A DNA stretch of 64,000 nucleotides from Lingula anatina. Its lineage: Eukaryota; Animalia; Brachiopoda. A model generated the notes under the pieces. The model was given only the letters and a program-made list of their open reading frames with translations. It had not been told where the DNA came from and made no database searches. Of this stretch, positions 49,560 to 64,000 are shown one piece after another (within the stretch, counting starts at the first letter, position 1; each line of letters begins with the position of its first letter). The DNA lies in NCBI GenBank assembly GCA_051362555.1, contig CM120645.1:14880001-14944000 (forward strand), given 5' to 3'. Both the position numbers and the translations under genes were made by a program.

Positions 49560-52505
49560 TTGTGATGACATGCACAATATAAACCAAAACAAACAAATAA
49601 ATAGCAACAGCAGTGGCCGCAGAATATACAAGTTCAAAGAAGGTAAAAGTGACATCTTTACGTCAGATATATATCAAGGATAACAATCAAACAGATTATA
49701 GATAGTATCGAACTAATGAGGGAAAATCAAAATGAAGTTGACTACATGTATGAACGCGTAGTTAAAGAATTGATTAATGAAATGAATGCCACTGTTCCCT
49801 TATTGATATAAAAAACGGCGGGAAATCAAAAAAGAAGTTGAGAATATCCAAACCATATTGGTGTGACGAATTAACGGATTTATGGAAACGTATGCATAAT
49901 GCAGAAATTCAATACTTTAAATTTAAAGGCCATCGATATATCAGAAATAGTCTGTTCATTGGTTATAAAACAAAATTACAAGAATTTGACAAACGACTCC
50001 GGTTTCATGAAATAGAGATGGCCTGTGTTAAAGATCATCAAATTTTGGGACTACATTAAAAAAGCCGGACCTAGGCGCAAATTACAAATCCCAATGGAAA
50101 CGTATAACGAAAATGGTGATGTAGTATATGATATCAATATTACTTATAAGAAATGGGAAAGCGAGTTTAGAAAATTATATAATGAAACTGACAAATGATT
50201 TCGATGCTGAATTTCTCGAACAAAGTCTAGAATATAGAAGAACTATGGAGGGTGTAATGTCTGACCCCTCGTTTAATCCTAATTACAGCATAAATGGTAC
50301 AATTGAAAAACAACAGGTTAGCGCAGCAGTAGCTAAGGCAAAGCAAAAGAAAGCTACGGGAGTAGATAATATCCCTAATGAAATTTTGAAAAACGAAACT
50401 ATTATTGATTTATTAACGTCACTGTTCAATTTCATATTTGACACGGCATTATTACCAAGTATGTGGAGAAAAGCAATTATAATACCAATACCGAAGGACA
50501 GTAAACTAGATCCAAGAATACCGCTGAATTATAGAGGAATAAGTTTATTGTGTACCATATCAAAAATATTCAGCTCGGTTATAAACAAAAGAATCTCAGC
50601 GTACTGTGAGAACAATGGCTTACTGGTAGAAGAACAAAATGGCTTTAGAAAAAACAGGTCTTGTGAAGACCACATCTTTGTGTTAAACTCTATTGTTAAG
50701 AACAGAATGGAGGAGGGTAAAGACACTTTTGTAACTTTCATTGATTTGATGAAAGCTTTTGATTTTTTTAATAGAGATTTACTACTCTTCATACTGATAA
50801 ATATTGGCACTAACGGGCCTATGTATGCTGTGCTGAAATCTATGTACACACTAACAGAGTCATGTGTAAATCTCAATGGAAACAATACAAACTGGTTAGA
50901 AACGATGGCTGGTGTTAGGCAAGGTGACAACCTATCACCTACCTTATTTGCACTATTCATAAATGATTTAGCTCAGGATATAAAAGCACTTGGAAAAGGG
51001 GTAATGGTAGGTGACATTTGACTAGATATATTGTTGTACGCAGACGACATTGCTATTTTCAGTGAAACGCCGGAGGATATGAACATCATTATGAATACCT
51101 TACATGATTACCGCATGAAATGGAGACTACAAATTAATAGTAAGAAATCAAAAGTGATGCACTTTAGAAGTAAAGGTTCCCCATTGTGTGACATACCAAT
51201 AAATATAAATAATAAAATAATTGAGTACGTAGGCCTAAATGAGTATAAATATTTAGGCTTTTTATTTGATTGTCATGTGACCTATGAGTCCGGAGATAAA
51301 TTGTTGTCTGAGTCGGGGGGTAGAGCCCTTGGATCAGTTATTAGTAAAACTAAAAGTCTCAGAAACGTCAAGTTTAAATCGTACATGGAACTCTTCAATA
51401 CTTGTGTGCTTCCAGTGTTAAATTATTCGTCTAGCGTTTGGGGTTATAAGTTATTTAAAAGCAGTGAAAGTATACTAAATAGAGCCATACGGTATTTTCT
51501 AGGTGTTCATAAGTTTGCTCCAATATTACGGCTTCGAGGAGATACGGGTTGCATTCCTTACAAACTAGCTGGTGGCTGAATATGCTCAGATACTGGAATA
51601 GATTGGTTTTAATGGATTCATCAAGGCTAACGAAAAGGGTCTTTATCATAGATTATAATAAGTGCATAAAAAACTGGTCTAGTGAGATATATAGTATATA
51701 ACAAAAATTAGACATGACAAATAAATTTGAACATATGGAGTTAGTGGATGTGGATGGATCTGCAGAATGTTTGAGAGATCTAGTGGCGAGTAAATGGGAG
51801 AGAGATTTGCCCTCATACGGTAAACTCAGAACGTACATACTATTTAAAAATAAATACAAGGTTGAGAACTATGTAACCCACGAATTTGATAAAATGACTA
51901 GATCATTTGTAGCACAATTAAGATTTGTTATACTTCCGATTAGAATAGAAACAGGCAGGTTTGTGAGAGAAAAAGTGGAAGAAAGAGTGTGTGTGATGTG
52001 TGACTGTGGAAAGATAGAGGATTAAAAGCATTATATTTTTGAATGTGCGCCCTACGATAACATAACAGATGTTGACAAAAATAACAGCAACTGATTTAGA
52101 CTTTTTGAACTTAAATTTGCCAGAGAAACTTGCAAAATTAATGGAGAAACATATAAAAATATTTAGTAATTATATAAAACGTGCCTATATGATACGGAAA
52201 GAGTTCATTTATAATGAGTAACGTCCTAGTTTGTATATGTATTCTATTATTTATACTTGTATATAATTAATGTTTTATATTTCCATAGTTACTATTAGTT
52301 GAAAGTACAGTATTGCTATTTATACGTTTATTTATACATTATTGTTTCTATGTATTTTCTTGTTCATTAATATATTAGAATAACATAAATGAAACAGTGA
52401 CTTATAAGCCCACTGGGGCTGGGTGCAAAAAGAAAAAAAATGTATCTGTATTACCTGCATTAGAGCACAGGTCACTTAAATAAACAAACAAACAAACAAA
52501 CAAAC
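49560..52505 (+). mobile_element. 5'-truncated, degenerate CR1/L2-type LINE (RT domain and 3' tail)
   Basis: KATGVDNIPNE, NYRGISLL, QNGFRKNRSCEDH, FIDLMKAFD, GVRQGDNLSPTLF, LYADD, YKYLG and IETGRF...ERVCVMC, with several stops and frameshifts. The 3' UTR ends in aataaa(caaa)n at ~52479-52505. The 5' boundary is approximate. Confidence 0.92.
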
Positions 52506-55500
52506 ATAATTATGTCTTTATTAATTACTGCTTATGTGTAAAATTTTATTTTTGGTTTTGTTCTTCTATTGATATAATAAAATGGTTTTACTCACAGATC
52601 CTACTATCATGATACTTAAGTATAGAGTTGACTTACAGTAAAAGACATTTTAAGTTTATATAGTAAATGATAGTTTGAAATTCTATATTCTCATCTTCGT
52701 TTGTTTCACTTTAAAGAGCTCAGTTAATACTAAAATTTCTGATATATTTTGTACATATATATATATTTATGCATGAATAAAAATTATTATTAATGTTTAG
52801 CACTGTGTGTGAACTTGTTCACAGACAAATGTGAACAGTGTTAGTATGTGTCAAAATTATCCTGAAAAAAAGAAAGATTTCCAAGATAAAGAAATTTATT
52901 AATAATATTCAGAAAACTGACATGCCGTGGCATTGCCTCAACCTTTGGTTAAAATTTTACTTCAATGCATTATAATAGTAAAATTATACTGAGAAAAAAG
53001 ATACTTTAAGAAATTTAAAACCAAAGTCACAAAGCTTAGGCGCTGTCACAATCTATATGTTTATGGGACCTTAGGGCTGGAGGGTCCAAACGTTTATGTA
53101 TTAATATTATGTCTTTTGGCAGTGAGGACAGACGTTCACTGGAATGTCATTTTCACAAACCACAGTTGGGACGTTTTCTTTCGACTTCTCCTTGGTGATT
53201 TATCACTGGGGTGTGCAAAAAAAAAAGTCATCTATCACCAACTCAAAAAAACTCATGGCGACCATCCTCAGTCACCACCTTATCTTCGCTTTCTATGATA
53301 TCATTCCCTTCCAGCACATCGTCCAAATAATCACCTGTGAAAAAATCATCAGCATGCAGCGCCGCTTTGACACTACTGATCTCGAGATCTAACGCAAAAT
53401 AACGCATATGAAATTAATCTCCAAACTGACGAGAGCGACGCAGACGAAACTTTGAGACAGGAGCCCCCCGTAGCTAGCTCCGCCCACCGTAACAGACATC
53501 GGACAATAGAGAGGCTTATGTGTAATCTCCTTCTGTTATAACTCCTTGCTAATGGTGACAATTTCTTTGTAACACTAGCAGTGTCAGTGACCACTTCTGT
53601 GTCATAAAGAGTTAGGGAGCTGCTGTTCACACCAGTGGCCAGTGCAGGATAAAAATTTCTGGCATTTGGAAAATTTGTTGTCATTTGAAGGGAGGGAGAG
53701 AAGCTTTGATATTTTCGACTCAGTCCTTTTATTCTTTTCATCTATGACTCGGATTGATTATCAAATCTCCTTCAGATTGTTTTATTATTCAAAACCTTTT
53801 CTTTGCTGTGAGTGGGGTATCGTCTTAATCGCCTCATTCTTTCGATTCATGATTTAAATTACTTATATTTAATTCTATAAAGTAGTATTAATATGAAAAA
53901 ATTGCTTATGTTCATCTCATCGAACCGAAAAAGAAAGCCCAATGGGACCGAGTTGATAACGGTTTTAAAATAATAAGGTACTTACAATTCAATGCTGTTG
54001 GTGAAGAATTTTTCGGTCTTACACCAAAGTATCGCGCAAAATAATTAATTGTTGCAACCTCTGAAAATGTGGTCTCGATCTTTACCATATTTTTACCAAA
54101 TAAGTTCAGTTTCATCGCAAACCCAATGATATTTCCTTTCCTTACTTTAAATCCTATCAGGACTGAGGTTCAAGTTAAAATGTGCACTTACTCTACTGAG
54201 CTGTTATCTTCAGAAATGTTCACGTAGGCCTACAGGTGACAATTTCAATTTTATTGCAATTGATCTGCTGACTTAGAAACCCCTTGCTGTCCTTATCACG
54301 TATCAGGTGGTCCTTAATTGAGAACTCGAAACGCTCCACGTTGTGGGGAACCCCTTTTAAGACCACCCCGGGGCCCCCACATTACATAAAATAACCCTTT
54401 ATTAATAAAACCCCAGGGTTTGGGCACAATGGGCTCACATCTTTGGATAACGCTATCTGTAATACTGCTACGGAGATTCCCAGGTTCCTTGTCTTAAATT
54501 CTACACACCGAAAAGAATGAAACGACTCCATGTTGTAACTTCAACAGAATATATTTTGCTACACTAAAAGTTACATGATGCAAGTACATGTATGACCTCT
54601 CTCCTCCTCTTTCTAGCTTTATCTCTTCTACATGCTACTCCTCCTCTGCATATTGCTCCCCCCTTTAGATTTAAGTTTACAGGTTTTTATGCTAAACTTT
54701 ATCAGTTAAACTGTCCATCAAATAACTTAAAAACTGATTGGTTACTGCATACACAAGGCCACCTTCTTCCAGGTGGGCACTCCTAATAACACCCTGTAAT
54801 CTAGTTCTAACAGATTACTGGCTTCGGAACAAAGGGCATTAAAATTTGAACTGCAAAGTGTGAAGCCTTATCTGAACAACTTGTATAACTTGGCTTCCCA
54901 TGTCTGAATTTTATGAAACAATAGCTTCCTCTGATTGAGTTAATACTACACCATGTGTGAAAGTTTTAAAAGTACTAATTACACTTTTTTTTCTATACTA
55001 TGGTTCCTGACAACGTGTTCGCTTTGTTCATTGACGTCAAAGTATTTCATCGTGTATGCATGTCACCAGTTTGTTTAAAATGTTTACTTGCAGTAATGAT
55101 TGATGCCTGTGATATATGTGAAAATATAATGCCACTTTTTCTATTGTCAATAGATCGAGGATCTCGGAGACGAGTGAGGAAGACGACTCTCCTTTAAAAT
55201 GATGAAAACGACTAGATTTGGTGCAGTATATTAAGGTTTCATTTTAAATTATGAACACAGATTGTCAGAAATAGTCGAATATTTTGTTCTGATTCTGCCC
55301 ACACCTCTCCATGGCATGCAAATCGTAAGAGCGGTGGAAATTTATTCAAAATCTCGGGCCTGCCTTTATTGTGAATGAACGAATAAAACTGATATTCCTT
55401 GATAAATACCCTGAGTTCACTTCACTTACAGCTAATAAATTGCTGTTTTTTCAGATTAATTATTGTCATTTCCTCTCCAGGATCTGATCTCTGTAGAGTC

Positions 55501-55596
55501 TGAAAGGACAGCAATGTGCACTCAACTTATTATTGCCTCGTAATGCCTCAGTGATATTAAGTTTCTTCTTACATTTTATTTAAAGGCGGAAAGTCT

Positions 55597-56312
55597 TTCC
55601 ATAATGCTAGAGAAATTGTTGATGTAACAATGACCAATGTCTTCCCATAATACAACAGCAATTGTTGATGTCACAATGGTCAATATCTTCCCATAATACA
55701 ACAGCAATTGTTGATGTAACAATGGTCAATACCTTCCCATAATACAACAGCAATGCATTGTTGATGTCACAATGGTCAATATCTTCCCATAATACAACAG
55801 CAATTGTTGATGTCACAATGGTCAATATCTTCCCATAATACAACAGCAATTGTTGATGTCACAATGGTCAATATCTTCCCATAATACAACAGCAATTGTT
55901 GATGTCACAATGGTCAATATCTTCCCATAATACAACAGCAATTGTTGATGTCACAATGGTCAATATCTTCCCATAATACAACAGCAATTGTTGATGTAAC
56001 GGCTAATATCTTCCCATAATAAAACAGCAATTTTTGACATACAATGCTCAATGTCTGTAACACAAGTGATTGATGATGTAAAATGATTAAGGTCTTCCCA
56101 TAATGCAAGAGGAACTGATGACACAATGTTCATTGTATTCCCATAATGCAACAGCAATTGTTGATGTAACAATGATCAATACATATCCATAGTACAACAG
56201 CAATTGTTGACGTAATAATGTTACTTCATTGTTTTCCCAAAACACAACAGCATGTAAGATGTAACATGTAAGATGTAACAATCTACCCATAATGCAATAG
56301 CCACTGTTGAAC
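55597..56312. repeat. 46-bp minisatellite, ~15 copies, degenerating rightwards
   Basis: Unit cccataatacaacagcaattgttgatgtcacaatggtcaatatctt (starts at 55644, 55690, ...). Confidence 0.92.
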
Positions 56313-57184
56313 AACTGCCAATGCTAGAGACAAAAGAACTTTAAATTGGAGCCGAGACATGGACTGTAACACCACCAGAGTTTTCATGTAGTCACAGTAC
56401 ATTTTTAAGTGAACAGTTACTGTTACATCCACCCAAGGTCCTGAAGAAAAAAATTAGGGGGCTTTCTCATTCTGTGGGTGATAGAAGTATTTAAAAGAAG
56501 ACTGGATAAATCCAAATTTCCATAAATATCAAAGGAAATGTTTATATTAATCCAAGTAAAGTAATTTTTCCTTCAAAAACATTTTTCTTATTTCACTGCA
56601 CAAGGTAATATGAAATATAAAATATACAGTTTTATTCGTCTTTCAAAATATACACACAAACTAAATAATTTCATGAATTAAAAACTCTACCTCCTGGTAA
56701 TCCATATGCAATAAAAATGCATGAACTCACGAGATTTAGAAAGTATTCATACTTAGGTAACAACTTACTTTGAAATGTACTATAATTTTAGCACTTTCAT
56801 ATAAATTGATGGAAGCACTTTTATTTCAACCTCACACAAACAACTGCCTCAACTATGCTTTTTAATTCAATTCTAAAGTCTCCAACATACACTCCACATG
56901 AAATGATCTTAGTGCTTCAAATTCAGAAAGCTTGATTCTCAGTGGTTCACTTTCATCACATGACTGTTATTCTCTTGGCACAAAACTAATCCCGAAATGG
57001 AATAACGAACATGTCAAGCCCCCAAACAACAATTAGTAAAACTGACAAATCATCTATCAGATAAAGTCAGATGGAGCATTTTTATATGTAGCCTTGAAGC
57101 ACACGCACAAAATCCATTATCTGTTTCCAATCCGTCAATTCCAATAATCATTTTAAGAAAATTAATGGAAAAATCAATGAGGTT

Positions 57185-62558
<5,374 letters not shown>

Positions 62559-63450
62559 CTACCAAAAACAACATGCAAATGCTTCAAACCTGAAACTGGC
62601 ATCTTCTTCATTTTCAATCATTTTCCCTCTATTTTTTTTATTCACTTAACATAAAACTTAAGTAGACATGACACAATTTCTAAATTAACGCACATCAATC
62701 ATCGTTTTAATAAGATGAGGCTTGTATATGATCCTTTGCATACTTTTAAAAATGTAGATTGTTCCATAAAACAAGACCCTCCTTTATCACAACTTACACT
62801 GACACAAATAAATGTACCCAGTCCCACATTTTAGTTCTGTTAAAATTCCTGACCAAACACCTGTTCTTCGACTAAAATATTAAACAAGGCAGCAAAGCTG
62901 TCAAATGTACAGACAAAAAACAGAAAATAAAGATGCAAAATAGGTCATTTTGTCAATTTTGATGCAATAATAAATAATGCTTATAATAGCACTGTCAGTC
63001 AACACTGAATTTTAATCATGCACAACAGGTAAAATGGTCAATAACATGAGCGGACCCAGAGATATTTTCTGACAGTATTCCAAAGTACCTATTTTGATCC
63101 ATTCTCCATTTTGATGGTCTTCCAACAGAAGAAAAAATAGATATCAGGCAATATAAACTTAATAACCTGACTGTCTTCCGGAAGTCCCAGAAGATGGTCT
63201 CAATCTACCCTTTCAATAAGATTACAGTTTCAGGACCATGAGAGTTCAAATTCACATGATGTAAGTCTCAATATTTGAAAAATGATGACAGTGCATAAAA
63301 TAATATTACATAAGTAACATAATGTTTAAAGACATAAAAAACAATACAACTGCTTATGTGGAAAAACAGAAATGTCAGAGTCTCAGGCGGATGAGAGTTT
63401 AAAGTCACAAATGCAAGTGTTTGAGAAAAAATTATAAAGGAAAACAACAA

Positions 63451-63635
63451 AACTAGAAAAGCACTCCGAGAGTGCAGACCTCTGCCAAGGTAGCAATTGT
63501 TGATTATTATTGATTTTTGTCCTCTTTGGCCCACTTCTGACAGTTCCTGAAAATTTCAGCAAAATCAGTCCATAACTTTTTGAGTTATGTTGATGACAAA
63601 CAGGGGTGAAAATATAACCTCCTTGGCAGAGGTAA
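63451..63635 (-). mobile_element. Short, internally deleted HINE of the same family as 37707-38152
   Basis: aactagaaaagcactccgagagtgcagacctctgccaagg ... aacctccttggcagaggtaa are the reverse-complement ends of that family. Confidence 0.8.
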
Positions 63636-63681
63636 ATATAATTCCAATGAAGCTGCTATTCAAACTTTTAATCTTTCAGTT

Positions 63682-63683
<2 letters not shown>

Positions 63684-63730
<47 letters not shown>
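63684..63730. repeat. (AT)n microsatellite
   Basis: Direct reading. Confidence 0.9.
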
Positions 63731-63734
<4 letters not shown>

Positions 63735-64000
63735 TTATTTGCAATATTGAACAAAATTTACCTGCATAATTATCACTGCTTCCTTATTATTAATCTAGCA
63801 GAGAGCTTAACCTATGGGAGTTTACAGGGAAATATCAACAAGTGTGCTTTATGTAATCTCAAATCACAAGTGTGCTTTATGTAGCCTATCAATTAGGCAA
63901 ATTACTTTATAACTGAAATTAGCGAAGTGATACCCAAGGGAAATTTATAGACTGACCCTCTCAAAGGTCTTTCAGGCCCATAAGTCACAACTTAAGAAGA

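Noticed and set aside
53100-53860. GC-richer stretch with short ORFs on both strands (e.g. 53373-53741)
   Set aside because: No recognisable motif or consistent splice structure; possibly an old transposon relic.
55597-56312. Regular repeat array resembling CRISPR, plus ORFs 55607-56314
   Set aside because: Units are contiguous with no unique spacers, there are no cas genes, the context is eukaryotic, and the ORFs are repeat translations.

Overview
AT-rich, intron-rich animal genomic DNA, probably an invertebrate such as a lophotrochozoan (inferred from repeat types and gene content only). I reconstructed exons by hand from GT-AG sites and phase continuity. Genes found: (1) a secreted C-type lectin gene (-) that may run off the left edge; (2) tRNA-Arg(ACG); (3) an ~815-aa secreted mosaic protein, signal peptide / 3x WSC-like / VWA / Thr-rich mucin stalk / EGF-like / VWC (-); (4) an ~871-aa Lys-rich protein with a C-terminal pseudokinase domain (-); (5) a secreted reprolysin/ADAMTS-like M12B zinc metalloprotease (+); (6) an SLC23 nucleobase/ascorbate transporter (-); (7) the 3' eight exons of RUVBL1/pontin (-). 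Mobile DNA includes a degenerate Gypsy LTR element, two long LINE relics, an RTE fragment, three Helentron-type HINEs, several MITEs and two 46-bp minisatellites. The most notable pattern is repeated duplication of 5' gene modules. A ~2.5-kb promoter + TATA + signal-peptide-exon cassette occurs twice and feeds two different lectin-headed genes. The pseudokinase has two homologous 21-nt first exons with RFX/CRE-like promoters. SLC23 has two alternative first coding exons with the LTR element between them.
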